The notes under the pieces were generated by a model. It saw only the letters and a program-made list of their open reading frames with translations, was not told the DNA's origin and searched no databases. From an uncultured Rickettsiales bacterium (lineage in GTDB: Bacteria; Myxococcota_A; UBA796; UBA9615; CAYRNR01): DNA of 64,000 nucleotides. The first letter of the stretch is position 1. Every line of letters starts with the position of its first letter. The DNA lies in NCBI GenBank assembly GCA_964558555.1, contig CAZLEO010000002.1, positions 14,612-78,611 on the forward strand, read 5' to 3'. Positions 9,350 to 18,415 of the stretch are shown here, one piece after another. The position numbers and the translations under genes are program-made.

Positions 9350-10811
9350 ACGCCGGGTGCGCGGTCAGCGGCGCCCGGTCCGGCCTGGGTAGCCGCCCCT
9401 CGTCGGTCTCCCGCTGAAGGTAGGGGACCAGCTCCTCGAACATGATCCAGGTGCGCACCTGCAGCCCGGCGCGGCTGAGGTGGAACGTGTCCGTGTACAG
9501 GCCCGGCCACGGCGGCATCTGCGCGGCCACGTCGAACCACGTCGTCGAGGAGCGCTCGGCCCACCCCGCCAGGGCGTGGTTCTGGGCGGCGAAGGCCTCC
9601 TCGAGGCTGGCGTAGCTGCACGGCCAGTAGTGGACGTTGAGGTGCTCGAAGAGCGACGCGTCGTCCCAGGGGTCGAGGCGCAGGCCGTCGTGGACCATCG
9701 TGGCGAAGGAGAACACCACGAGCTCGGCGCCCGCGTCTGCGGTGGCGGCCCGGATGGTGTCGAGCGCGGTCAGGACGCGGGCGAGGTCGGGATCGTCGCG
9801 GGCCGCGCCCGGGGGGAGGCGCTGCGCCGGCTTGGGCCACTCCGGCAGACCCTCGGGGGCGGCGGCCAGTCGAGCCAGTCGCTCCCCCATCGCGGAGTAC
9901 CGCGCCAGCGCGGGACGAGCGGATCGGGTCGGACGTGGACCGATGTCGCGTTCGGCGTGGGGGATCGGCCCGGCGGTCTGTTCGAGCTCCACCTGTGAGC
10001 ACGGCTGGAAGTCGTTGGCGCCCTCGTAGTAGAGCACCAGATCGGGCTCCATCGGCAGCACCTCGTGGCGCACGACGGCCTCGATGTCGGCCGCACCGAT
10101 GCCCTCCCGGCCCGCGTTGATCACCTCGAACCGCACCTCGAGCCCCTGCGACGCCGCCCACAGCCCCAGCCAGTGCTGCAACAGCCGCGGGTAGTCGATC
10201 TCCAGGCCGGGGGACGCGGTGGTCGATGCGCCGACGCAGGCGATGCGTATCGTGTCAGGGGCCTTGTCCAGCGGCAGCGACTCGCCGCGCCAGCCGAACT
10301 CGTTGGTGATCATGCCTGGCGCGGGCGAGGCCAGCGGCGGATAGCGGTAGCGGGGCACGGGGCGCCCGTCCGGCGGCGCGAACAGCGACAGCTCCTCGGC
10401 CTCGAGCAGGAACGGCAGGTCCTTCGCCCACTGGGAACCGGGCTCGACGCCCCGGACGAACGCCTCGTTCCACACGTAGGACGACTGCCAGCCCCAGCGG
10501 TGCTGGAGGCGGCGCTGTCGGGCCGTGGCGGGGTGCTCGGGCAGCGGCGGCGGCACATCCGCGATCCAGGACCAGTCCACGCCTTCGGGCATCGCTCGCC
10601 CGTCCACGAACGCCTCGATCAGCGCCTCACCCCGATCATCGAGCCCGCCGCGCGCCTGGATGTCCCGCTGTACGGCCTTGCGCTGGAGCTGCGCCGAGTC
10701 GAGTCGGTACCCGTCGATGATGCGCAACGCCGCCTCGGCAACGAAGAGGGCGACGACCGTTGCGGCGACGGCCAGGGCGAGGCGTGGGAGGAGACGGCGA
10801 GCTTTCACCAC
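9333..10811 (-). CDS. SGNH/GDSL-family hydrolase with N-terminal membrane anchor
   Basis: Block I IRIACVGASTT (GDS-like), LVLYYEGANDF and a hydrophobic N-terminus LPRLALAVAATVVALFVA. GTG start with RBS GGGAG. The stop overlaps the PHP gene end by 17 nt, convergent. Confidence 0.6.
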   Translation of the reverse strand: MVKARRLLPRLALAVAATVVALFVAEAALRIIDGYRLDSAQLQRKAVQRDIQARGGLDDRGEALIEAFVDGRAMPEGVDWSWIADVPPPLPEHPATARQRRLQHRWGWQSSYVWNEAFVRGVEPGSQWAKDLPFLLEAEELSLFAPPDGRPVPRYRYPPLASPAPGMITNEFGWRGESLPLDKAPDTIRIACVGASTTASPGLEIDYPRLLQHWLGLWAASQGLEVRFEVINAGREGIGAADIEAVVRHEVLPMEPDLVLYYEGANDFQPCSQVELEQTAGPIPHAERDIGPRPTRSARPALARYSAMGERLARLAAAPEGLPEWPKPAQRLPPGAARDDPDLARVLTALDTIRAATADAGAELVVFSFATMVHDGLRLDPWDDASLFEHLNVHYWPCSYASLEEAFAAQNHALAGWAERSSTTWFDVAAQMPPWPGLYTDTFHLSRAGLQVRTWIMFEELVPYLQRETDEGRLPRPDRAPLTAHPAFTAPE

Positions 10812-10871
10812 CCCGAGTCTCCCTGATCTCGCATAGAATCGCCAAGCATCCGTGGCACAGGGGATGGAACC

Positions 10872-12392
10872 ATGGCCAAGTACGACGTGATCGTCATCGG
10901 CGCGGGACTCGGTGGGCTGTCCGCCGCCACCATGATGGCGCACCAGGGGCTGCACGTGCTGCTGCTGGAGCGGCACAACGTGCCCGGCGGCTACGCGACG
11001 AGCTTCGTGCGGGGGCGGTACGAGTTCGAGGTGGCGCTGCACGAGCTGTCGGGGATCGGCCCGCCGGAGAAGCGCGGCGCGCTGTATCGCTACCTCGACG
11101 AGATCGGCGTGGCGCAGCGAGTGGGGTTCCGCCAGACCGAGAACCTGTTCCGGTCGGTCTTCCCGGACCTGGACGTGATCCTGCCGGTGGGCCGCGAGGC
11201 GTACACGGACAAGCTGTGCGAGCTGTTCCCCCACGAGGCGAAGGGCATCCGCAAGTTCCTCGACCGGGTGTTCGCCATGGGCCGGGACTTCGGCCGCATC
11301 GTGCGCGCCCGGGGCCAGGTGGATCCACGGACGGTGGCGCTGAAGTACCGCCACTTCTTCCGCTACGTGCCCACGAAGTGGGGCGACGTGCTCGACCGGG
11401 ACGTGCAGGACCCCATGGCCCGGGCGATGCTGTCGCAGTACTGGGGCTACGTGGGCGCGGGCCCGGCGGAGATCTCGTTTCTGTTCCACGCGGCCACCCT
11501 CGCGGCGTACGTGCTGCGCGGGGCGGCCTTCCCCGAGGGGCGGTCGCAGGCCCTGTCCGCGGGGTTCCTCGAGGCGTTCCGCGCCCACGGCGGCGAGGTT
11601 CGTTTCGGCTGCGGTGCCTCCAAGGTGGTCCTCTCCAACGGCCGCGCGGCAGGGGTGATCACGGACGAGGGCGAGGAGATCGCCTCGAAGTGGGTCGTGT
11701 CCAACGCCGATCCCATCCGCACCTGTCACGATCTGGTGGGCCTGGAGAACGTGCCGGGTAAGTTCCTGCGCAAGCTGCAGTCCTCGGAGGTGGCGCCGTC
11801 CACGGTCAACGTCTACCTGGGCCTGAACCGGACGCTGGAACAGCTCGGCCTGGACGAGCACGAGATCTTCCTGAACTCGGACAGCGACTTCGACCGCCAC
11901 GCCGCGGGAATGCGATCCATCGGCCCCGCCGAGGCCATCGCGGTGACCTCCTACAACGCGGTGTACCCCGAGATCTCTCCGCCCGGCACGTCCATGGTCG
12001 TGCTGACGGCCCTGGCCTACGGCCAGCCGTGGTGCGAGCTGCCGCCGGATCGGTACGTGGACACCAAGAACAAGGTGGCCGACTCGTTGATCCGCTTCGC
12101 CGAGAAGGTGGCGCCCGACCTGCGGGAGTACGCCGAGGTCTGCGAGGTCTCCACCCCCATCACGAACATGCGCTTCGCCGGCGCCACCGGCGGCAGCATC
12201 TACGGTTTCGCGCAGCCGCCGCGCGACAACATGGTCTGGCGCATGGGCAGCCGCGGGCCGGTGGACAACCTGGTCTTCGCCGGCGCCTGGACCCGCCCCG
12301 GCGGCGGGTTCGAGCCCTGCATGATGTCCGGCCGCATGGCCGGGGCGATCGTGGTGGGCAAGCTGGGCGCCGAGAAGGGGGAGGCGAGCTGA
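10872..12392 (+). CDS. NAD(P)/FAD-dependent oxidoreductase, phytoene desaturase (CrtI) family
   Basis: N-terminal dinucleotide-binding motif YDVIVIGAGLGGLSAA...LLLERHNVPGGYA with a CrtI-like overall layout. Start MAKYDV. Confidence 0.7.
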   Translation: MAKYDVIVIGAGLGGLSAATMMAHQGLHVLLLERHNVPGGYATSFVRGRYEFEVALHELSGIGPPEKRGALYRYLDEIGVAQRVGFRQTENLFRSVFPDLDVILPVGREAYTDKLCELFPHEAKGIRKFLDRVFAMGRDFGRIVRARGQVDPRTVALKYRHFFRYVPTKWGDVLDRDVQDPMARAMLSQYWGYVGAGPAEISFLFHAATLAAYVLRGAAFPEGRSQALSAGFLEAFRAHGGEVRFGCGASKVVLSNGRAAGVITDEGEEIASKWVVSNADPIRTCHDLVGLENVPGKFLRKLQSSEVAPSTVNVYLGLNRTLEQLGLDEHEIFLNSDSDFDRHAAGMRSIGPAEAIAVTSYNAVYPEISPPGTSMVVLTALAYGQPWCELPPDRYVDTKNKVADSLIRFAEKVAPDLREYAEVCEVSTPITNMRFAGATGGSIYGFAQPPRDNMVWRMGSRGPVDNLVFAGAWTRPGGGFEPCMMSGRMAGAIVVGKLGAEKGEAS

Positions 12393-13579
12393 TGGAACTG
12401 CTGTACTGGCTCCAGGACGTCCGCCAGCACAGGGTGGTCAACCGCCGCCGCGAGGCCCTGCGCGAGCCCGGGCAGGGGGTGGACTACTCCGCCGAGATCT
12501 ACGGCCGGCAGGTCCCTGACGTGGTCCAGAGGCTCCACCCGTCGCGCATGGAGCTCCGGGTGGTCCAGGTCCGCGAGGAGACGCCGTCCACCAAGACGCT
12601 GCGGCTCGAGCGCACCGACGGCGACCTGCCCCCGTTCCGGCCCGGGCAGTACGTCAACCTCTTCGTCGAGATCGACGGCGTGCGCAGCTCCCGGCCGTAC
12701 TCCATCGCGTCGCCCCCCGGCACGGGCTACATCGAGCTGACCGTGCGCCGCGTGGGCGGCGGATTCGTGGCGCCGTACCTGCTGTCGAAGGTCGAGGAGG
12801 GCCAGGAGCTGGCCAGCACCGGCCCGGCGGGCAGCTTCTATCACGAGCCCCTGATCGACGGCGACGAGCTCGTGTTCATCGCCGGCGGCAGCGGCATCAC
12901 GCCGTTCGCCTCCATCATCCGCGACGCCGTGGCCCGGGAGCGGGCCCTGGACGTGCACCTGCTGTACGGCAGCCGTTCGCCGGAGGACGTGATCTTCGGA
13001 ACGGAGTTCGCCCGGCTCGCCGACGAGCACCGGCGCCTCCACTACTCCCTGGTCATCTCCCACCCGCCCCACGACTACGACGGGCTCACCGGGTTCATCG
13101 GGGCCGACCTGATCACCGAGCGCGTCGGCGACGTCTCGGGCAAGACCTTCTACCTGTGCGGCCCCGGGGCGATGATCGACCACGTGCTGCCGGCGCTCGA
13201 TGAGCTGGGCGTTCCCCGCCACAAGATTCGCCGGGAGGTCTACGGCCCCCCCGAGCACATCACCGGCGAGCCGGGCTGGCCCGACGGCGTCACGCGCAGC
13301 AAGGAGTTCCGCATCACCACGAACCGCGGCGAGCCCTTCACCGCCCGCGCCGGCGAGCCCCTGATGAACGCGCTGGAGCGCGAGGGAATCGAGCTGCCGT
13401 CCGTGTGCCGTTCCGGCGAGTGCTCCTACTGCCGCACCCGGCTGGTGTCGGGGCAAGTCTTCATGCCCCAGCACGTGGGCGTGCGCCAGTGCGACCGCGA
13501 CCACGGCTACATCCACCCGTGCCTGGCCTACCCCGTATCCGACGTCGAGCTGGAGCTGCCGCACTCGGCCCGGACCTGA
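12392..13579 (+). CDS. Ferredoxin-NADP reductase-like oxidoreductase with C-terminal plant-type [2Fe-2S] ferredoxin domain
   Basis: FAD-binding RPYSIAS, NAD-binding LVFIAGGSGITP and YLCGPGAM, and a C-terminal CRSGECSYCRTRL...C cluster. The ATG shares one nt with the upstream TGA (TGATG). Confidence 0.75.
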   Translation: MELLYWLQDVRQHRVVNRRREALREPGQGVDYSAEIYGRQVPDVVQRLHPSRMELRVVQVREETPSTKTLRLERTDGDLPPFRPGQYVNLFVEIDGVRSSRPYSIASPPGTGYIELTVRRVGGGFVAPYLLSKVEEGQELASTGPAGSFYHEPLIDGDELVFIAGGSGITPFASIIRDAVARERALDVHLLYGSRSPEDVIFGTEFARLADEHRRLHYSLVISHPPHDYDGLTGFIGADLITERVGDVSGKTFYLCGPGAMIDHVLPALDELGVPRHKIRREVYGPPEHITGEPGWPDGVTRSKEFRITTNRGEPFTARAGEPLMNALEREGIELPSVCRSGECSYCRTRLVSGQVFMPQHVGVRQCDRDHGYIHPCLAYPVSDVELELPHSART

Positions 13580-13585
13580 TCCTCG

Positions 13586-14911
13586 ATGCTCCAGCGCCTC
13601 CTCGCCCCACCGCCTCCCGCTGATCCGGTCCAGGGGGACGTGGATCGCGTCTGGCGCCACTGGCAGTTCCGCACCATGGGGGCGATGATCGTCGGGTACG
13701 CCCTGTACTACTTCGTCCGCAAGAACCTCAGCATGGCCATGCCGGCGCTGGACGACGAGCTGGGGCTGACCAAGACCGATCTGGGGCTGATCCTCACGCT
13801 GTTCTCGGTCATCTACGGGGTGGGCAAGCTGGTCAACGGCATGCTCGCCGACCGGGCGAACGCGCGCTACTTCATGGCCATCGGGCTGCTGGGCGCGGCC
13901 GCGGTCAACGTGTTCTTCGGGTTCGGCGCGTCCCTGGCGTGGTTCGGCGCGTGCTGGCTGATCAACGCGTACTTCCAGTCCATGGGCTGGCCGCCCTGCG
14001 CGCGAATGCTGACCCACTGGTACCCCAAACAACGCCTGGGTACGTGGTGGGGCATCTGGAACATGTCCCACCAGCTGGGGGGTGCCGGCATCCTCGTGCT
14101 GGGCGGGTACCTGGTGGCGAACCACGGCTGGCGATCGGCGTTCTACGTGCCCGCCGGGCTGGCGGTGATCGGCGTGCTCGTCATGGTCGCGCTGTTGCGC
14201 GACACGCCGCGGTCGGTGGGCCTGCCTCCGGTGGAGACCCTGGACCCGGGCCACGATCCCGCGGTCGCCGTGGACGAGGAGCCGTCCCTGCCGCTGAAGA
14301 AGATCCTCTTCGAGCAGGTGCTGACCAACAAGCTCGTGTGGCTGATGTCCCTGGCCAACTTCTTCGTGTACGTGGTGCGCATCGGCATGCTCGACTGGGC
14401 GCCGACGTATCTGGTGGAGGCCAAGGACTCGTCGCTGGAGGGCGCGGGATGGCAGGTGGCCGGCCTCGAGATCGCGGGCATCCTGGGCTCCATCTGCGCG
14501 GGCTTCATCTCCGATCGGGTGTTCCGCGGCAACCGCGCGCCGGTCAACGTCGCGTACATGGTCGGGCTCATCGTCTTCGTGGTGCTGCTGTGGTTCATCC
14601 CGCCGGGGCACGCCTGGCTCGACGCGGCGGCGCTGGTGGGCGTGGGCTTCCTCGTCTACGGGCCGCAGATGCTCGTCTCGGTGGCCGCGGCCGACTACGC
14701 GTCGAAGAAGGCCGCGGCCACGGCCACGGGCATGACCGGCCTGTTCGGCTATCTGGGCTCCGCCGTCTGCGGCATCGGCGTCGGCGTGGTGGTCGACCGC
14801 TGGGACTGGGACGGCGGCTTCGTGCTGTTCACCGCCGCCGCCGTGGGCGGGCTGGTCCTGTTCGTCCTGGCCCTGTTGTGGACGCGCAAGCGGCCGGCGC
14901 CGACCGGGTGA
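13586..14911 (+). CDS. MFS organophosphate:phosphate antiporter (GlpT/UhpT-like)
   Basis: Strong resemblance to the E. coli GlpT N-terminus (RWQFR..GY.LYYFVRKN.SMAMP.L...GLTKTDLG...GWPPCARMLTHW) with ~12 TM segments. Confidence 0.8.
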   Translation: MLQRLLAPPPPADPVQGDVDRVWRHWQFRTMGAMIVGYALYYFVRKNLSMAMPALDDELGLTKTDLGLILTLFSVIYGVGKLVNGMLADRANARYFMAIGLLGAAAVNVFFGFGASLAWFGACWLINAYFQSMGWPPCARMLTHWYPKQRLGTWWGIWNMSHQLGGAGILVLGGYLVANHGWRSAFYVPAGLAVIGVLVMVALLRDTPRSVGLPPVETLDPGHDPAVAVDEEPSLPLKKILFEQVLTNKLVWLMSLANFFVYVVRIGMLDWAPTYLVEAKDSSLEGAGWQVAGLEIAGILGSICAGFISDRVFRGNRAPVNVAYMVGLIVFVVLLWFIPPGHAWLDAAALVGVGFLVYGPQMLVSVAAADYASKKAAATATGMTGLFGYLGSAVCGIGVGVVVDRWDWDGGFVLFTAAAVGGLVLFVLALLWTRKRPAPTG

Positions 14912-14956
14912 TCCATTTCGGGGACTGTCGCTGAGGGCGCCGTCGGTTTATCTTCG

Positions 14957-16765
14957 GTGCAAGAAAGCAGCGCCGTGTCGACGACCATCACCCAGACTCA
15001 CGAGGGCAAGCCAGCCACGCGGGGGACCCCTGCGGCGGACCTGGAGAAGACCCACGGGTTCGAGCACGACACGCGCCAGCTCGAGGAGCGCAAGAAGTAC
15101 CGGCTGACGTCGCAGCGGATGGGGATCATCTGTGTGGCCGGCGCGATCCTGTTCCCCATCTACATCTTGCTGGACCTCGGCACGGCCGGCGGCGAGCTGG
15201 AGCGCAGCGATCTCGGCCTGATCATCGGGATGCGGCTGCTGGCGGGCCTGCTGTTCGGTGCGCTGGCGCCGCTGTTCTTCCGGCACTGGTTCAGTCCCCG
15301 GCGCCTCGGGTGGGCCGAGAACCTGTCGTTCCTGTTCGTGGGCTTCATCACGTCGTCCATCGTCGCGCTGATGTGGGACGTGGTGCCGGACTACTACATC
15401 GGCATCGGTCAGCTCATCGTGGTGCGGTGTGTGCTGCTGCCGGGTGGACCGAAGCGGGCCATCCCGATCTGCGCGGTGCTGCTCGCCTCGCTCCCGCTGA
15501 GCCTGCTGGGCTTCTACGGGCTGGACGCCGAGGTGTTCACCGGGGCGGGCGGTGAGCGGGTGATCGCGGCGCTGTCCGGGCTGGTGGGGCTCATGGCGGT
15601 GGGCATGATCGGCTCGTACGTGTACGAGCGCGCCCTGCAGGGCACCGTGCTCGCCAAGCACCAGGACCGCTACCTGCTCGAGGCGTTCCTGGGCCAGGGC
15701 GGCATGGGCGCCGTGTACCGGGCCCAGGACGTGATGCTCGGCCGGCCCTGCGCGCTGAAGGTCATCGACAAGGAGCTGTCGGACCGCCCCGAGCTGACTG
15801 CGAAGCGGTTCGTGGAGGAGGCGCGCAAGACCAGCCAGCTCAGCGGCAGCCACGTGATCGACATCTTCGACTACGGCGTGACGTTCGAGGGCCAGCTGTT
15901 CTACGCCATGGAGTACCTGCACGGCTGGGACATCTCGGACATCGTCCGCCGCAAGGGACCGATCCCCGCCGAGCGGATCATCCACCTGGGGCGTCAGGCC
16001 TGCCTGGGGCTCGGATCGGCGCACAAGGCGGGGTTGTTGCACCGGGACGTCAAGCCACCCAACCTCTTCGTCACCGAGCGGGACGAGGATCCCGACTTCC
16101 TCGTGGTGCTGGACTTCGGCCTCGTCCAGACCGCGGCCGCGGCCGCCCAGCCGCGCCCCAAGAAGGAGGAGCTGCGGGAGGTGTCTCAGGACCAGGCGCC
16201 CGCGCGGTTGACCCAGCACGGCATCCTGGTGGGCACGCCCGCGTACCTGGCCCCGGAGCAGATCGAGCGGGACGAGGCCGACGGGCGCACGGACGTGCAC
16301 GCCCTGGGGTGCGTGCTCTACTTCATGCTCACCGGGGTGGAGGCCTACACGGCCGAGAACCAGTGGGCGCTGTTCATGAAGAAGATGGAGGGGCCGCCGC
16401 CACTGGCGACCCAGCGCCGGCCCGATCTCGACATCCCCGCCGACCTGGCGGCCGTGGTGCAGCGCTGCCTCACCCTCGAGCCCGAGGATCGCTACCAGAC
16501 GATGACGCAGCTGCGCGACGCCCTGGGCGCCTGCGAGGCGGCGGACCGCTGGTCACCGACGGACGCGAGGCGTTTCTGGGATGAGTGGGGGCGGGACCTC
16601 GACGACGGCGAGACCGAGTTCCTGGACCACTCCACCGAGCACCTCGGCGGCGTGGGCGAGTGGGATCCCGACGCCTACACCCGGACCGGCCCGCTGCCGG
16701 ACAGCAACGCCTCCACCGCCACGGTCGGCCTCGGCCGCGACTGGAAGCCGGACTCGGACGACTGA
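14957..16765 (+). CDS. Ser/Thr protein kinase with N-terminal polytopic membrane domain
   Basis: Hanks kinase motifs GQGGMGAVYRA, ALKVI, HRDVKPPNLF, DFGL and GTPAYLAPE in the C-terminal half. About 6 hydrophobic helices lie in the first ~230 aa. The true start may be internal (MGIICVAG). Confidence 0.8.
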   Translation: MQESSAVSTTITQTHEGKPATRGTPAADLEKTHGFEHDTRQLEERKKYRLTSQRMGIICVAGAILFPIYILLDLGTAGGELERSDLGLIIGMRLLAGLLFGALAPLFFRHWFSPRRLGWAENLSFLFVGFITSSIVALMWDVVPDYYIGIGQLIVVRCVLLPGGPKRAIPICAVLLASLPLSLLGFYGLDAEVFTGAGGERVIAALSGLVGLMAVGMIGSYVYERALQGTVLAKHQDRYLLEAFLGQGGMGAVYRAQDVMLGRPCALKVIDKELSDRPELTAKRFVEEARKTSQLSGSHVIDIFDYGVTFEGQLFYAMEYLHGWDISDIVRRKGPIPAERIIHLGRQACLGLGSAHKAGLLHRDVKPPNLFVTERDEDPDFLVVLDFGLVQTAAAAAQPRPKKEELREVSQDQAPARLTQHGILVGTPAYLAPEQIERDEADGRTDVHALGCVLYFMLTGVEAYTAENQWALFMKKMEGPPPLATQRRPDLDIPADLAAVVQRCLTLEPEDRYQTMTQLRDALGACEAADRWSPTDARRFWDEWGRDLDDGETEFLDHSTEHLGGVGEWDPDAYTRTGPLPDSNASTATVGLGRDWKPDSDD

Positions 16766-16768
16766 TCG

Positions 16769-17488
16769 CTAGTCCCGCGCCGCGTCCCACGCCGCCAGCA
16801 CCGCCGTCACCGCCTCGTCGAGGGTGAACACATCCATGTTCAACACGATGTCGTAGTTGTCCGGATCGGTGATGTCGGCCTTGAAGTAGTGCTTGGCGAA
16901 CGCCTTGCGGTCGGCCTCGCGCTGCAGGATCAGCAGCTTGGCGCGCACGGTGGACATGTCGAGGATGTTGGCGATGTAGTCCATGCGCATCTCCAGCGGG
17001 GCGATGATGCGCACGCGCAGGCAGTTCTCGCGCGGGAAGATGAAGTTGGCGCCGCGGCCCACCACGACACCCCCGGCGCCCTCGCCGATCTCGAGGACCA
17101 CCTTGGTGAGGTGTTCGAGGTACTCGTCGGGCCGCAGGTTGAGGTGGCGCAGGTATCGCTGGGGCATGAGCTGGCGCTGCGTGACCAGCGAGTCGAACCA
17201 CCCCTCCATCACCGAGTGCCCCCGCTCGTCGCGGCTCTCCACGGCCCCCTCGTCGGTCCGCGCGCTCTGGGCGATCTTGAGGATGAGCTCGCGGTCGTAG
17301 TAACGCAGGCCCGCCTCCTGGGCCACGCGCGCGGCGATGAGCTTGCCCCCGCTGCCCGCCTGGCGCGAGACGGTGATCACGCGCAGGTCGAACTTGCGGG
17401 CCTCCTTGCGCCGGGTCTCCACGCCGTCCCACTTGCCGAGCTGGTCCGCCAGGACCTTCTCCATTCCCTCGGTCATCGTCTTGGTCAT
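16769..17488 (-). CDS. Cytidylate-kinase-like (AAA/P-loop) family protein
   Basis: P-loop ITVSRQAGSGGKLIA. The overall layout resembles the Cytidylate_kin2 family. Start MTKTMTE has RBS GGGAGG. Confidence 0.6.
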   Translation of the reverse strand: MTKTMTEGMEKVLADQLGKWDGVETRRKEARKFDLRVITVSRQAGSGGKLIAARVAQEAGLRYYDRELILKIAQSARTDEGAVESRDERGHSVMEGWFDSLVTQRQLMPQRYLRHLNLRPDEYLEHLTKVVLEIGEGAGGVVVGRGANFIFPRENCLRVRIIAPLEMRMDYIANILDMSTVRAKLLILQREADRKAFAKHYFKADITDPDNYDIVLNMDVFTLDEAVTAVLAAWDAARD

Positions 17489-17739
17489 GCACCCTCCCAG
17501 GGCTTCCTCATCCTCTTCGAGGGTACCACAGCGGCGTCCCATCGCCGCTGCCGAAGCATCCGGGCTCCTAATATGGGGGCGGCTGTTTTCATTTTTCGAC
17601 TGTCCTCCGCGGTGAAAGCTGTTACTGTTTCGTCTGGTTCGAAACCAATACGTAGAACAGCGGACATCAGCAGAGAACCTGCCACGTACACACCGCACAT
17701 CCACAACAGCCGGGGGGCGACCGGGAGGAGAGAAGTACT

Positions 17740-18411
17740 ATGCCGGCCAAGAATCCACTGCAGGAGGCCATCGAGAAGGCAGCACAGAATTTTGCCGCAG
17801 AGCTTCTGCTGGCCATTCGCAACGCGACCGTCGACGACATCGCCAGCCTGACGGAGGGGGCGGCGGCGCCCGCCAAGGACGCCGCTCCCGAGGCGGAGGC
17901 CGCCCCGGTCAAGAAACCCCGCAAGAAGCGTGCGTGGCCCACGTGCTCCGTGGACGGGTGCGAGAAGAATGTGTACATGCCTTCGGGCGCCAAGAAGATG
18001 TGCTACGCCCACCACATGGAAGCCGGCGGCAAGCCCTCTCCGCTGGTCGGTGTGCACAAGAAGAAGAAGAAGGCCGCGGTAAAGGCCAAGCCTGCCAAGA
18101 AGGCCGCGCCGAAGGCCGCGCCGAAGGCGGTGAAGAAGGAAGCGGCGCCCGCGGTCGAGGCCGCGCCGGAGAAGAAGGCCCGCAAGAAGCGCGCCTGGCC
18201 CACCTGCACGGTGGACGGCTGCACCAAGAACGTCTACATGCCGTCCGGCGACAAGAAGATGTGCTACGCCCACCACCTCGAGGCGGGCGGCAAGGAGTCG
18301 CCGCTGGTCGCGGCCACCAAGAAGCGCAAGGCGGCGGCCAAGAAAGCGCCGGCCAGGAAGAAGGCCGTGGTGCGCAAGGCCGGCCAGACCTCCCTCAAGA
18401 GCAAGAAGTAG
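17740..18411 (+). CDS. Lys/Ala-rich (histone H1-like) protein with two tandem copies of a putative zinc-binding Cys3-His2 motif
   Basis: RAWPTC(S/T)VDGC(E/T)KNVYMPSG(A/D)KKMCYAHH(M/L)EAGGK occurs twice, separated and flanked by AKPAKKAAPKAAPKAVKK-type tails. RBS GGGAGGAGAG. Preceded by a ~250-nt lower-GC leader. Confidence 0.7.
   Translation: MPAKNPLQEAIEKAAQNFAAELLLAIRNATVDDIASLTEGAAAPAKDAAPEAEAAPVKKPRKKRAWPTCSVDGCEKNVYMPSGAKKMCYAHHMEAGGKPSPLVGVHKKKKKAAVKAKPAKKAAPKAAPKAVKKEAAPAVEAAPEKKARKKRAWPTCTVDGCTKNVYMPSGDKKMCYAHHLEAGGKESPLVAATKKRKAAAKKAPARKKAVVRKAGQTSLKSKK
17917..18310 (+). repeat. Imperfect ~130-bp direct repeat (17917-18046 and 18181-18310) encoding the duplicated zinc-motif module
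   Basis: cgcaagaagcg(t/c)gc(g/c)tggcccac(g/c)tgc...aagaagatgtgctacgcccaccac is present twice with ~80% nt identity. Confidence 0.8.
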
Positions 18412-18415
18412 CCGC

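Noticed and set aside
12200-14611. Long minus-strand ORFs of 500-850 aa (also 6120..7691, 7655..9307, 30164..32305, 43318..44871 and 51422..53881)
   Set aside because: All are antisense to confidently assigned genes (FNR/GlpT, fadD, PHP, psrA, A2M). Their R/G/A/P/H-dominated low-complexity translations are a GC-content artefact.
17634-17648. tRNA T-loop-like sequence CTGGTTCGAAACCAA in the leader of the KA-rich gene
   Set aside because: Only a 3-bp stem, no acceptor or anticodon arms, and no flanking tRNA-like structure. Not a tRNA.
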